Assembly (NCBI GenBank): GCA_043819555.1
Contig: JBDREQ010000073.1
Location: forward strand, 160,001-224,000
Direction of reading: 5' to 3'
Source: Candidatus Zixiibacteriota bacterium
GTDB taxonomy: Bacteria > Zixibacteria > MSB-5A5 > GN15 > JAAZOE01
Length of the DNA stretch: 64,000 nucleotides
The position numbers were made by a program, and so were the translations under genes. How positions within the stretch are numbered: position 1 is the first letter of the stretch; each line of letters opens with the position of its first letter. Under the pieces are notes generated by a model. That model searched no databases. It was not told the origin of the DNA and saw only the letters and a program-made list of their open reading frames with translations. Positions 27,626-37,936 of the stretch are shown piece after piece.

Positions 27626-27643
27626 TTGTGAAAGTTGTCACAA
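27626..27643. promoter_or_regulatory. Rex-like (or CRP-like) operator
   Basis: TTGTGAA-AGTT-GTCACAA, 1 mismatch to TTGTGAA-N4-TTCACAA, just downstream of -10. Confidence 0.65.
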
Positions 27644-27683
27644 AGTTAACATAAATCAACTATAGATATCAGGAGGAAGGTAC

Positions 27684-29672
27684 ATGGGTTTTGACATTGG
27701 GATAGGAGCCGCGGTATTTGGTGTTGCGGGGCTGCTTTTTGCATTAGGGCTTTTCATAAGTATTAAGAAAAAATCGCCCGGCAATAAGACAATGATCGAG
27801 TTGGCGGATACCATTCATGATGGGGCTATGGTTTTCCTGAAACGTGAATATTCAATATTAGCAATATTTATTGTGGTCGTTTTTGCGCTTCTGGCGTGGA
27901 AAATTGCTTTATATACGGCAATTGCGTTTGTGAGCGGCGCCTGTTGTTCAATGATAGCCGGTTTCTTCGGAATGAAGGCGGCGACGCGCGCCAACGTCCG
28001 AACCGCTGCGGCGGCCAAAGATTCCGGCCAATCGGCGGCTTTAAGTATTGCGTTTACCGGCGGAGCCGTTATGGGTATGTCCGTTGCCAGTTTGGGTCTT
28101 CTCGGCGTCGGTATTTATTTTTATTTCTGGGGTAATCCGGAGCAGGCGCGATTTATAACCGGATTCGCAATGGGCGCTTCTTCAATTGCGTTATTCGCTC
28201 GTGTTGGTGGCGGAATTTTTACCAAAGCGGCCGATGTCGGCGCCGATTTGGTAGGAAAAGTAGAAGCGGGTATTCCCGAAGACGATCCACGAAATCCAGC
28301 AGTTATCGCTGATAACGTAGGCGATAATGTAGGCGATACGGCCGGTATGGGAGCCGATCTGTTTGAATCATACGTCGGTTCAATTATTGCCGCCATTACT
28401 ATTGCGGCCACGGCCACGATTCAGGAAATAGCGGGCGCAAGATTGGCCTATATGCAGCTTCCGCTTTTGATTGTAACGGTCGGCATTGTAGCATCCATGA
28501 TCGGAATTCTCTCGGTTAATGTATTTAAAAAATTAAATCCGGCGGCGGTTTTAAGGATTGTTACTTATGTCGGTGCAGTTTTAATGCTCCTGGCGACATA
28601 TATTCTGGTTGATAAGACCGGAGTTAAAATTGGCGTTTTCTGGGCGGTATTAGTCGGCAATATTGCCGGAATTATTCTCGGCCTTTTGACTGAGTATTAT
28701 ACTGCCGCGGGTCCGGTCCGCAAAATTGCCGAAAGCGCCAAAACCGGTCCGGCGACCTGTATTATTGCCGGTCTGGATGTCGGTATGCAATCGGTAGCAT
28801 TGCCGGTATTAGTAATTGCGGCAGCCATTTATATTGCCTATCAAATGGCCGGATTATACGGTATTGGTATTTCAGCGGTTGGTATGCTCGGGACGATTGG
28901 CGTAACTATGTCAGTTGACGCTTATGGTCCCATCGCTGATAATGCCGGTGGTATTACCGAAATGGCCGGATTGGGCGAAAATGTCCGCAAGATAACAGAC
29001 AAACTGGATGCCTTGGGCAACACAACCGCGGCAATCGGTAAAGGCTTCGCCATTGGTTCGGCGGCCTTGACAGCGCTGGCTTTATTTTCTGCTTATAGCG
29101 CGGCCGTGGGTCTTGATAAAATAGACTTAATGAACGTACGAGTTATTGTTGGGCTGTTTATTGGCGGTATTTTACCGTTTCTGGTCGCCTCATTGACTAT
29201 GAGCGCGGTTGGCAAAGCCGCATTTAAAATGGTGCAGGAAGTTCGCCGTCAGTTTAAAGAAATCGAAGGCCTAATGGAAGGTAAAGCCAAACCGGACAGC
29301 AAGCGATGCGTTGATATTGCGACTCTGGGTGCCTTGCAGCAAATGATTCTCCCCGGAATAATGGCCGTTCTGGCTCCGATTCTGGTTGGGAGTTTTCTCG
29401 GTAAAGAGGCTCTTGGCGGTATGCTTGCCGGTGCGACTTTGACTGGCGTCTTACTGGCTCTGATGATGTCAAACGGCGGCGGCGCCTGGGATAATGCCAA
29501 GAAACTTATTGAAGGCGGTCTTCATGGCGGTAAAGGTTCGGACGCCCACAAAGCGGCCGTTGTCGGAGATACCGTCGGTGATCCGTTCAAAGACACCTCC
29601 GGGCCATCAATGAATATTCTTATTAAGCTGATGGCGATTGTTTCACTGGTTTTGGCCCCATTGTTCATATAA
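27684..29672 (+). CDS. hppA: membrane-integral pyrophosphatase, K+-dependent type, probably Na+-translocating
   Basis: [57 protein letters not shown] (Ala = K+-dependent), [14 protein letters not shown]. Confidence 0.96.
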   Translation: MGFDIGIGAAVFGVAGLLFALGLFISIKKKSPGNKTMIELADTIHDGAMVFLKREYSILAIFIVVVFALLAWKIALYTAIAFVSGACCSMIAGFFGMKAATRANVRTAAAAKDSGQSAALSIAFTGGAVMGMSVASLGLLGVGIYFYFWGNPEQARFITGFAMGASSIALFARVGGGIFTKAADVGADLVGKVEAGIPEDDPRNPAVIADNVGDNVGDTAGMGADLFESYVGSIIAAITIAATATIQEIAGARLAYMQLPLLIVTVGIVASMIGILSVNVFKKLNPAAVLRIVTYVGAVLMLLATYILVDKTGVKIGVFWAVLVGNIAGIILGLLTEYYTAAGPVRKIAESAKTGPATCIIAGLDVGMQSVALPVLVIAAAIYIAYQMAGLYGIGISAVGMLGTIGVTMSVDAYGPIADNAGGITEMAGLGENVRKITDKLDALGNTTAAIGKGFAIGSAALTALALFSAYSAAVGLDKIDLMNVRVIVGLFIGGILPFLVASLTMSAVGKAAFKMVQEVRRQFKEIEGLMEGKAKPDSKRCVDIATLGALQQMILPGIMAVLAPILVGSFLGKEALGGMLAGATLTGVLLALMMSNGGGAWDNAKKLIEGGLHGGKGSDAHKAAVVGDTVGDPFKDTSGPSMNILIKLMAIVSLVLAPLFI

Positions 29673-29691
29673 GAATTACATAGATTTCATG

Positions 29692-29726
29692 AAAAGGGCA
29701 TACTGAATTTTGGTTTGCCCTTTTTT
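29692..29726 (+). terminator. intrinsic terminator
   Basis: AAAAGGGCA...TGCCCTTTTTT. Confidence 0.75.
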
Positions 29727-29798
29727 ATATAATGCGATTGAATAATCGTTGCGGTATTGCGTATATTGATTAAGTTGTTGTCAGGGATAGATTAAATT

Positions 29799-29826
29799 TG
29801 AAACAATAATCTAAGAAAACCGTCTA
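29799..29826 (+). promoter_or_regulatory. ECF sigma (SigW-like) promoter
   Basis: TGAAAC-N16-CGTCTA, 35 nt upstream of Yip1 ATG. Confidence 0.7.
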
Positions 29827-29861
29827 ACTAAAAAGGTAGTCGGTTGGGAGGCTGGAGTAGC

Positions 29862-30611
29862 ATGGAGACGAACTTGAATTCTCAAATTGTAATCGGAAGC
29901 GAGGGAAATCGCAGTATCTGGAGTATAATTGTTGCTGTGATTTACAGCCCGGTTAAAACTTTTGAAGACTATAATAAGAATCCGAAGCTATTGATTCCAA
30001 TCATATTGGTTGCAATTCTCACAGGATTATTTGCCGCCGCTACGACCGAATACAACGCAAAATTGCAATATGAGATAATGCAAACCTCTACGGTTCTTCC
30101 GCCGGCGGCGCTGGAACAAATGAAAAATGATTACGAAAACCCCAATCATATTAAGTCAGGGCTTTTTGGCATCGGATTTGGACTGATACCGGGATTACTC
30201 GGTGCTTTAGTGGCTTGGGGTGTTGGTACTTTCTTTTTCGGAGGCATAACCAATTTTAAGCGCGTTTGGGGAGTAGGTTTACTAATTGGCATTATTGGAT
30301 TAATTGCCAGTCTTGTCATAAAATGGCCTTTAATGGCGGCTTCGGGAAGCGCCCAGGCATCAATAGGATTCGCCGCGTTTTTCCATAATCTCGGAATAAC
30401 TTCCATCTTTTATCTGTTTCTGTTGTATCTCGATGCCATCGCAATTTGGCTGATAATTTTATCCGGTTTTGCCTATTCGGTGGTGTTTGGAATATCGCCG
30501 GGTAAAGGCATGGCAACTTCGATTGTAACTACTCTGATACTCATAATTGGGATAATAGCTCTGCAAGCAGTAGGAATGAGCTTCGCCGGGATAGAAATGT
30601 CCTGGTTCTAA
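29862..30611 (+). CDS. Yip1/YknW-like membrane protein
   Basis: VIYSPVKTF.....P...IP, multiple TM helices, IW......G......G.S.GK; leads the efflux operon. Confidence 0.8.
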   Translation: METNLNSQIVIGSEGNRSIWSIIVAVIYSPVKTFEDYNKNPKLLIPIILVAILTGLFAAATTEYNAKLQYEIMQTSTVLPPAALEQMKNDYENPNHIKSGLFGIGFGLIPGLLGALVAWGVGTFFFGGITNFKRVWGVGLLIGIIGLIASLVIKWPLMAASGSAQASIGFAAFFHNLGITSIFYLFLLYLDAIAIWLIILSGFAYSVVFGISPGKGMATSIVTTLILIIGIIALQAVGMSFAGIEMSWF

Positions 30612-30628
30612 CTAAAATAGAGGTAGAT

Positions 30629-31975
30629 ATGAAAAAGGTTTCTTTGTTTCTGGTTATTGTAATCGCTCTGATGGGAGTGTCATCTTTGGCTAAAACGTAC
30701 ACCCTCGATGAATGTATCGAGATGGCTAAACGAACCGATCCTAACCTGGAGCGTTTCCGGAATGCGGTCAAGACTGCCAACTGGGGCGTCAGGGATGCGG
30801 CCGGGCAATTCTTGCCTTCTGTCGGTCTATCCTATAATTCACGTGAATCTACTGCGGGTCCTGAATCTCCAAGACTTAGGACCTTTACCTATTTTGACCC
30901 CGGAATAAACGATTTTGTTACATCCACCGAAAATGTGGCGGACACTGTCGGTTACAAAATCAAAGGATACAGTGCGGGATTCAATATTAACTATACAGTT
31001 TTTGATGGTTTGAATAATTTATGGAGTTATTTGCAGAGCAAAGCAACCAAATCGGCCGCCAATTATGATTATGCCCTGGGGAATTCGGATTTAGAACTGG
31101 CTATTAAGGCTAATTATTATTTGGTTCTGAAATCAAAAAGAGATTTTGAAGTTGCTAAAGAAACGGTGGCCCGTTCGGAAGAATTATTGAAGTTATTTGA
31201 AGAAAAATATGAACTGGGCTCCGCCTCGCTATCTGAAGTGCTCAAGCAGAGAGTTCAATTGGGACAGGATAAATTGACTCAAATCAGGTCGAGAAGAAAT
31301 CTTGAAGTTGCCTTTGACATACTGGCTGTTTCCATCGGAATTGATCCGGTTAGCCAATTTGATGTCGCTGAAATCCAGTTGTCACAAGTAAATTTGGATG
31401 ATGTCGGAACGCTTATTGAAGAGGCCAGAAAGGAACATCCCAAACTCCTAAGTTCAAAGAATTATCTGGATGTTTCAAAATATGCAGTTAGATCAGTTAT
31501 GGGACAGTATCTTCCGCGTGCGACTCTAAGTTATTCATATGGCTGGGGAAAAGACCACTTCAGCGATTTAATGAAATTTGGTCCTCTGGATCATAGTGGA
31601 AGTTTATCGTTTACGATAAGCTACAATTTATTTGACGGTTTTTCAAGAGAATATTCAGTGAGCCGCGCCAAGGCAAACTATAACAACGCCCGGGCGCAAT
31701 TTGAATTTGCGAAAAATGAAATTGTCAGACAAATAGACGACGCTTTCCTTGAAATCAAAATCGCCGATGAAACCCTGCTCGTTACCAAAGAAACAGAAGA
31801 ATCAGCTTCCGAAGATATGGATTTGGTCCAGATGAAGTATAATCTTGGAGCGGCGGCTTTATGGGAACTGCTTGACGCACAGGTGAGTCTAAAAACGGCA
31901 CAGTTCAACAAAGTTAAGGCCGAATTCGATTATAACCTGTCTATAGCAAAACTGCAAAACGCGATGGGAAAATAA
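30629..31975 (+). CDS. TolC-family outer-membrane factor
   Basis: YTLDECIEMA...P, FLPSV, YTVFDG, YELGSAS..EV, YNLGAA...ELLDAQ, L..AMG. Confidence 0.92.
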   Translation: MKKVSLFLVIVIALMGVSSLAKTYTLDECIEMAKRTDPNLERFRNAVKTANWGVRDAAGQFLPSVGLSYNSRESTAGPESPRLRTFTYFDPGINDFVTSTENVADTVGYKIKGYSAGFNINYTVFDGLNNLWSYLQSKATKSAANYDYALGNSDLELAIKANYYLVLKSKRDFEVAKETVARSEELLKLFEEKYELGSASLSEVLKQRVQLGQDKLTQIRSRRNLEVAFDILAVSIGIDPVSQFDVAEIQLSQVNLDDVGTLIEEARKEHPKLLSSKNYLDVSKYAVRSVMGQYLPRATLSYSYGWGKDHFSDLMKFGPLDHSGSLSFTISYNLFDGFSREYSVSRAKANYNNARAQFEFAKNEIVRQIDDAFLEIKIADETLLVTKETEESASEDMDLVQMKYNLGAAALWELLDAQVSLKTAQFNKVKAEFDYNLSIAKLQNAMGK

Positions 31976-32016
31976 ATAGGAGGTATCCGCGAAAACAGGA
32001 TATTTAGGGTGGTAAT

Positions 32017-33348
32017 ATGGAGAAGAAGAAATCAAAAAAGAAACTATTCATAATTTTGGGCGTTATCGTCGGAGTTATTCTGATCGGAGCCATGGTTTAT
32101 ATCAATTTACAAAGCTCTTTCCGGTCGGGGATTTCCGTACAGACTGACATTATCGGTCATGCTGATATTGTCTCAAAAGTGTCTGGTTCAGGCAGGGTAG
32201 AGCCAAAAACCAAAGTGAATATAGTTTCCGAAGTTAATGCTGAAATTATTAATCTGCCAATCAAGGAAGGCGATTATGTCAGGCGCGGTCAGGTTTTGAT
32301 TCAACTGGATACAATTCAGTTAAAATCCGACATGGAATCGGCATTGTATAACGCCAATGAAACCGATGCCCGCGCGGAAGGCGCCAAAGTTCTTTTGGAC
32401 CAATATAAGGATGAATTCAATCGTCAAAAGGGCCTCTTTGAAAAAAAATTGACTTCGGAACAGGCATATACTAATGCTAAATATGCATTCCAAAGGCAGG
32501 AATCCGAAAATAAGGCGTGGGAGCAGCAGAAAAACGCTGCCCGATCTCGCCTTGATAAGGCTCTTGATAATTTGGGCAAGACAACAATTAAGTCGCCGAT
32601 GGAAGGTATTGTGACTTTGGTTGACGCCGAGAAAGGCGAAATAGCGCAGGCTCAGACATCCTTTACTCAGGGCAAAACGCTGATGGTAGTCTCCGATTTA
32701 TCGGCCTTCGAAATCGAGGTTGAAATTGATGAAACCGATATCGCCGATCTTGAATTGCATCAGAAAGCTTCAATTGAAATCGATGCTTTTCCCGATACGA
32801 CTTTTGCCGGTGAGGTTGTCGAAATTGGAAATACCGCTACCCTGGTGGGATTCGGGTCCAGCGACCAGTCAACGAATTTCAAGGTTAAAGTCGCCTTGCT
32901 TGATTTGCATCCTAAAATCAGACCGGGCATGTCCTCGACGGTGGATATCGTCACCAATGAGCATAATGATGTATTATCAGTTCCTATTCAAGCGGTTGTT
33001 ATGAGAAAATTCGATCCTGATTCTCTGGCTGCCGATGAAAAACCTGAAGAAGTAACCGATGAAACCGGTGTTGCCAACGCGGCCACGACCCAAGAACCGG
33101 ATTCGGCTAAGGTTAAAAAAAGCAACGGCGATAAAGAAAAAATTGACAAAAAGGGTGTTTTTGTAACTCGTGACGGTATTGCCGAATTTGTCGAAATCGA
33201 AACCGGAATCGTAGACCAGAAAAACTACGAAGTATTATCCGGTTTGGAGGAAGGCGATGAAGTTATAACCGGAAGCTTTAGAACTTTGCGAACTATCAAA
33301 GACGGACAGGCTATAAAAGTCGAAAATCCCGAAAATAAAGAGGAATAA
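32017..33348 (+). CDS. MacA/YknX-like periplasmic adaptor subunit
   Basis: VSGSGRVEP, V.EGD.V..GQVL..LD, I.SPMEGIV, EIDETDI, IRPGMS, VLSVPIQAV, SGL.EGDEVI. Confidence 0.92.
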   Translation: MEKKKSKKKLFIILGVIVGVILIGAMVYINLQSSFRSGISVQTDIIGHADIVSKVSGSGRVEPKTKVNIVSEVNAEIINLPIKEGDYVRRGQVLIQLDTIQLKSDMESALYNANETDARAEGAKVLLDQYKDEFNRQKGLFEKKLTSEQAYTNAKYAFQRQESENKAWEQQKNAARSRLDKALDNLGKTTIKSPMEGIVTLVDAEKGEIAQAQTSFTQGKTLMVVSDLSAFEIEVEIDETDIADLELHQKASIEIDAFPDTTFAGEVVEIGNTATLVGFGSSDQSTNFKVKVALLDLHPKIRPGMSSTVDIVTNEHNDVLSVPIQAVVMRKFDPDSLAADEKPEEVTDETGVANAATTQEPDSAKVKKSNGDKEKIDKKGVFVTRDGIAEFVEIETGIVDQKNYEVLSGLEEGDEVITGSFRTLRTIKDGQAIKVENPENKEE

Positions 33349-34044
33349 TTGAGTATGAGCCTGATACAAGTAGATGACCTGTGGAAAATATATCAAATGG
33401 GTGAAGAACAGGTCAACGCCCTTCGCGGCGTAACTTTACAAATTCGCAAAGGTGAATATGTAGCAATAATGGGACCTTCCGGCTCGGGCAAATCAACACT
33501 GATGAATTTAATCGGCTGCCTTGATACCCCCAGCCGGGGCGTATATTTACTGAACGGGCAGGCGGTAGCCGACTTAAATGATGATGAATTGGCACGTATC
33601 CGAAATAAAGAAATCGGATTCGTGTTTCAAACATTCAACCTGTTACCCCGGGCGACATCACTTCACAATGTCGAACTTCCGTTAATCTACAATGGCACAT
33701 CCCGAGGCGGCCGAACCGAGAAAGCCAAAAAGGCGCTGGAAATAGTCGGCCTTGGAGACCGCATGATGCATAAGCCGAATGAATTATCGGGCGGGCAGCG
33801 TCAAAGGGTTGCAGTTGCGCGGGCCTTGGTCAATAATCCATCAATTATTCTGGCCGATGAACCGACTGGCAATCTCGATACAACCACCGGCGACGAAATC
33901 ATGGATTTACTTTCTGATTTACACCGACAGGGCAATACTGTTATCGTAGTCACGCACGAATATTCTATTGCACAAAAAGCACAGCGCATCATTTTCCTCC
34001 GGGACGGCGCAATTGAAAAAGAAGAATACCGGGAAGCCGGTTGA
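33349..34044 (+). CDS. ABC transporter ATP-binding protein (MacB/LolD family)
   Basis: [50 protein letters not shown]. Confidence 0.96.
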   Translation: MSMSLIQVDDLWKIYQMGEEQVNALRGVTLQIRKGEYVAIMGPSGSGKSTLMNLIGCLDTPSRGVYLLNGQAVADLNDDELARIRNKEIGFVFQTFNLLPRATSLHNVELPLIYNGTSRGGRTEKAKKALEIVGLGDRMMHKPNELSGGQRQRVAVARALVNNPSIILADEPTGNLDTTTGDEIMDLLSDLHRQGNTVIVVTHEYSIAQKAQRIIFLRDGAIEKEEYREAG

Positions 34045-35294
34045 GTTTCAATAATTATCGAAGGATAAATAAATTGCAGTCTCTGGAATCAATAAAGCTC
34101 GCCCTCCAGGCTTTGTGGGGTAATAAACTCCGCTCTGGCTTGACCCTGTTTGCCGTCATCATTGGCGTGACATCGGTAATAACGATAATCTCCGCCGTCG
34201 AAGGATTTATGAGCAGTATTGAAGATTCTTTGAGCGTTCTTGGCCCGTCGTCTTTTATTGTAACTAAATTTGGAATGATAACCACACGGGATGAATATCT
34301 TGATGCCCTGAAGCGAAAAGACCTGACTATGGAAGACAGGGATGCTATCGAAAAAGGGTGCCAGGATTGCGAAGCGGTGGCGGCACGCGCTTATCGATTC
34401 AGAACGATAAAACGAAAAAACAATAGCCTGAATAATGTGCCTATCGCCGGAGCAACGGCCAATTTCATGCAAGTATTGGATTTTGAGGTTGGGCAGGGGC
34501 GATCTATGACTGAGATGGAATATTTGCATAAAAGACAGGTCGCTTTTATCGGCCCAACTGTGCAGGAGGAATTATTTCCGGATGAAGACCCGATTGGGAA
34601 AATTCTTAAAATAGGCGGCCGCAAATTTAAGGTTATAGGTATTGCGCTCAAGCGTGGTTCGACGATGGGCAATAATCAGGATAATTTCGTTCTGATCCCC
34701 TTATCCACTCAGGTAAAACTTTTCGGTAAGCCCCGTCACAATCTGGACCTTGTTATTAAAGCAACGTCCGTCGAAAAAACTATTGATACCCAGGATCAGG
34801 TCCGTTCGATACTGCGCGCCCGCCGAGGCGTTTCATACTATGATGATGATGACTTTGGTCTTTTAACGGCAGAAAGCATAATGGCCTTCGTGAACAATAT
34901 CACGCGCATACTTCGTTTTGTGCTGATCGGAGTTTCTTCTATTGCTTTAGTCGTCGGTGGAGTTGTGATTATGAATATCATGATGGTTTCGGTAACAGAG
35001 AGAACTCGCGAAATAGGCATTCGCAAATCCATTGGCGCTCGTCGCAAAAATATTATGATGCAGTTTCTCTACGAAGCTTTAATTCTGTCCCTTGGGGGAG
35101 GCATTATTGGAACCGCATTGGGAATTATTGTCGCAATTGTTCTGGGGAGTCAAATTTCTCTTCCGATTACGCCGTCCTTATTTGCTATCATAGCCGGAAT
35201 GCTTATCTCCACCGGCGTCGGTGTATTTTTCGGAATCTATCCGGCTATGAGAGCGGCCAAACTTGATCCAATCAAAGCCTTAAGTTACGAGTAA
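34041..35294 (+). CDS. MacB-type ABC permease
   Basis: [51 protein letters not shown]. Confidence 0.94.
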   Translation: MSFNNYRRINKLQSLESIKLALQALWGNKLRSGLTLFAVIIGVTSVITIISAVEGFMSSIEDSLSVLGPSSFIVTKFGMITTRDEYLDALKRKDLTMEDRDAIEKGCQDCEAVAARAYRFRTIKRKNNSLNNVPIAGATANFMQVLDFEVGQGRSMTEMEYLHKRQVAFIGPTVQEELFPDEDPIGKILKIGGRKFKVIGIALKRGSTMGNNQDNFVLIPLSTQVKLFGKPRHNLDLVIKATSVEKTIDTQDQVRSILRARRGVSYYDDDDFGLLTAESIMAFVNNITRILRFVLIGVSSIALVVGGVVIMNIMMVSVTERTREIGIRKSIGARRKNIMMQFLYEALILSLGGGIIGTALGIIVAIVLGSQISLPITPSLFAIIAGMLISTGVGVFFGIYPAMRAAKLDPIKALSYE

Positions 35295-35298
35295 AGTT

Positions 35299-36549
35299 AT
35301 GATAAGTCTTATTGAAATAAGAGACGGTATCACTCTGGCAATGGATGCGATTAAATCTAACAAGTTCAGGGCTGGTATGACGATTTTGGGTGTCCTGATT
35401 GCGGTCGCGACTGTTTTGGGGCTTGCTTCGATTATCGCAGGGCTTGACAAAAAACTTATTAGTGAAATTGAGGGACTGGGATCGAATGTTATATTTGTAA
35501 CCCGTTTTGAGCCCGATGTAAATAGGGGAGAACTATCGGAAGAAGATAGGAATCGTAAATGGATCGATTTTGAAGCGGCTCAGGCCATACGTGAAAATTG
35601 TCCCTCGGTCTCGGCCGTAGCCCCGGAAAATTACTATTCAGCCGCTGGTGGCAATGTGATTAAGTATAAAAATAACCAGGCCAATTATCCATCTATGTTT
35701 GGAACCCTGCCCGATTATATTAAGGTTACAAATCGAATCGTAGAAAGAGGACGCTTTTTTAACGATTTTGAGGAACAGCGCCGAGCTATGGTGTGCGTCC
35801 TTGGGCAGGAGGTTGCAGAGGCATTATTTCCAAACGATGACCCAATTAATAAGAATATCAGAATTAATAATCGGGAATTTCTGGTAGTCGGCGTATTGGA
35901 AAAACTTGATAACTCGTTCGTCGACGCCGGTTCCGTCAATAATTTCGCCGCTATCCCTTATGGCACTTTTGAAAAACTCATTCCCTGGGAAAAAGCGTTG
36001 TTCCTTAGGGTTTCCGCTGATGGACCCGATAAAATTGACCAGGCTATGGAGGAGATTATCACTACCATGCGAGGGATTCGGGGTATTCCTTATGATAAAG
36101 ACAATGATTTCGCCGTCTGGACGCAGGATAAATTAAAGGATATGGCCGGCGATATCGCCAATGTTATATATATTGCTATGATTGTAATTTCTTCCGTTGG
36201 CCTGATGGTCGGAGGCGTTGGCGTTATGAATATTATGCTGGTTTCGGTCACTGAACGGACTCGCGAAATTGGGGTGCGCAAGGCGATCGGGGCCAGAAGA
36301 ATGAATATCATGATACAATTTTTAACCGAAGCTATGACTCTTTCGGCAACCGGAGGGGTATTAGGCATTATTGCAGGCATTTTACTTGCATTACTCGCAA
36401 AATTGCTCTTTTCACTGCCTTTCACCGTCTCTATATTATGGATGTGTATTGGATTTACCGTATCTATAATGGTGGGATTGGGAGCCGGGATTTATCCGGC
36501 CTACAAAGCGGCTCGAACCGATCCGATTATCTCACTGCGTTATGAATAA
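35299..36549 (+). CDS. MacB-type ABC permease (second copy)
   Basis: [54 protein letters not shown]. Confidence 0.94.
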   Translation: MISLIEIRDGITLAMDAIKSNKFRAGMTILGVLIAVATVLGLASIIAGLDKKLISEIEGLGSNVIFVTRFEPDVNRGELSEEDRNRKWIDFEAAQAIRENCPSVSAVAPENYYSAAGGNVIKYKNNQANYPSMFGTLPDYIKVTNRIVERGRFFNDFEEQRRAMVCVLGQEVAEALFPNDDPINKNIRINNREFLVVGVLEKLDNSFVDAGSVNNFAAIPYGTFEKLIPWEKALFLRVSADGPDKIDQAMEEIITTMRGIRGIPYDKDNDFAVWTQDKLKDMAGDIANVIYIAMIVISSVGLMVGGVGVMNIMLVSVTERTREIGVRKAIGARRMNIMIQFLTEAMTLSATGGVLGIIAGILLALLAKLLFSLPFTVSILWMCIGFTVSIMVGLGAGIYPAYKAARTDPIISLRYE

Positions 36550-36611
36550 TTGGCTTGCCTGAAGCCCAGCCAATATTTAGATTGATTTGTATAAGAGATT
36601 GGTGGTGTAAA

Positions 36612-37934
36612 ATGAATAAGATAAAGAGATTAACCCTGCTAATCATAGCATCTTTGTTGTATCCCGGGATTTCTCTTTCGGATCAAACGGGGTATCGCGG
36701 GTCCGATGAGTATGGTGAGGCTAGATTTGCGATTGATGCCGCAGATTTTTATTCCGGTGAAGATGATAAAAATTTCCTCGAAATTTACTACAAGATATTT
36801 TATGACGCGTTCGGTTATCAAAAATTAGAAAATGGGTACGAGGCTAAATATGAAATTTCGTTTACTGTTACCGGCAATGATAATCATCCAATTGAGGGTA
36901 TTACGAAGAATGGAAAAATAAAAGTCAACAGTTATGCCGAAACCAGACGCTCGGAAGATTTTATCATCAATATGGTTTCGTTTCCATTCGAACCGCAGGA
37001 TATTAAAATTGACGCGTCTTTAACCGATGAATCCGGATCGATTCTGGCTACTATTTCAAAAAAAATACCCAAAAAGTCTTATACCCAAAAATATCCGACA
37101 ATTTCGCGAGTTGAGTTGGCCCATGACATACTCGAATCAACCGATTCATCAAAATTCAATAAAGAGAATATGAGGATTATTCCCAAAGTTATGCGGGTTT
37201 TTGGCGGCGAAGAAGATAGCCTGTTATCGTTTTATCATGAGGTTTATCCGGGAGATAAAAGCGATAAATATACCAAACTGATTATTGGTCTTTACCATCG
37301 CCATAAAGGACTTATGCGAGCTGATACGATTTCCTACGGAGAGATTATTGATGTAAAAAGGGAATTTCAAACCATAAATATCAAGGATATATATCCCGGG
37401 GACTATGAACTGGAATTAAAATTAATCGGGCGTCGAGGCAGAGAGTATGACAAAATAACCGAAGAAATCGAAATGAAATTGACGGGTGAAAGCATGTTTG
37501 TTACAGATTATGAAACGCTGATAGACATGATGAAATACCTGACCAATAATAAAGAGCACAAGAAACTAAAAGACGCCATGACACTGGAGGATCGCCGGCG
37601 CGTTTGGGATGAATTTTGGGCTATCAGGGCATCCGAGGGAAATAGCACGATTAATCCCACCAAAGCAGAGTATTTTCGCCGTGTTCGGCATTCCAATCGG
37701 TATTTCACGTTTATGAATAAAGATGGTTGGAAAACTACTCGGGGCATGGTATATATTACCTACGGTACTCCTGATGAGGTTGAGGATTATCCCTTTGAAT
37801 TGGCTACCAAACCATATCAGATCTGGCATTATTTTCGAAGAAATCCTCCTCGGAACTTTCTTTTTGTCGATGAATGGGGCGATGGGAATTATGAATTGCA
37901 ACCGCCATATGACGGTTTAGGATTTGGGAATTAG
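36612..37934 (+). CDS. exported GWxTD-domain protein (GWKTT variant)
   Basis: Signal peptide, FW......T.INP...EYFRRV..SN.YF....DGWKTTRG.VYITYG.PD, W.Y, F.FVD..G.GNY.L. Confidence 0.85.
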   Translation: MNKIKRLTLLIIASLLYPGISLSDQTGYRGSDEYGEARFAIDAADFYSGEDDKNFLEIYYKIFYDAFGYQKLENGYEAKYEISFTVTGNDNHPIEGITKNGKIKVNSYAETRRSEDFIINMVSFPFEPQDIKIDASLTDESGSILATISKKIPKKSYTQKYPTISRVELAHDILESTDSSKFNKENMRIIPKVMRVFGGEEDSLLSFYHEVYPGDKSDKYTKLIIGLYHRHKGLMRADTISYGEIIDVKREFQTINIKDIYPGDYELELKLIGRRGREYDKITEEIEMKLTGESMFVTDYETLIDMMKYLTNNKEHKKLKDAMTLEDRRRVWDEFWAIRASEGNSTINPTKAEYFRRVRHSNRYFTFMNKDGWKTTRGMVYITYGTPDEVEDYPFELATKPYQIWHYFRRNPPRNFLFVDEWGDGNYELQPPYDGLGFGN

Positions 37935-37936
37935 TC

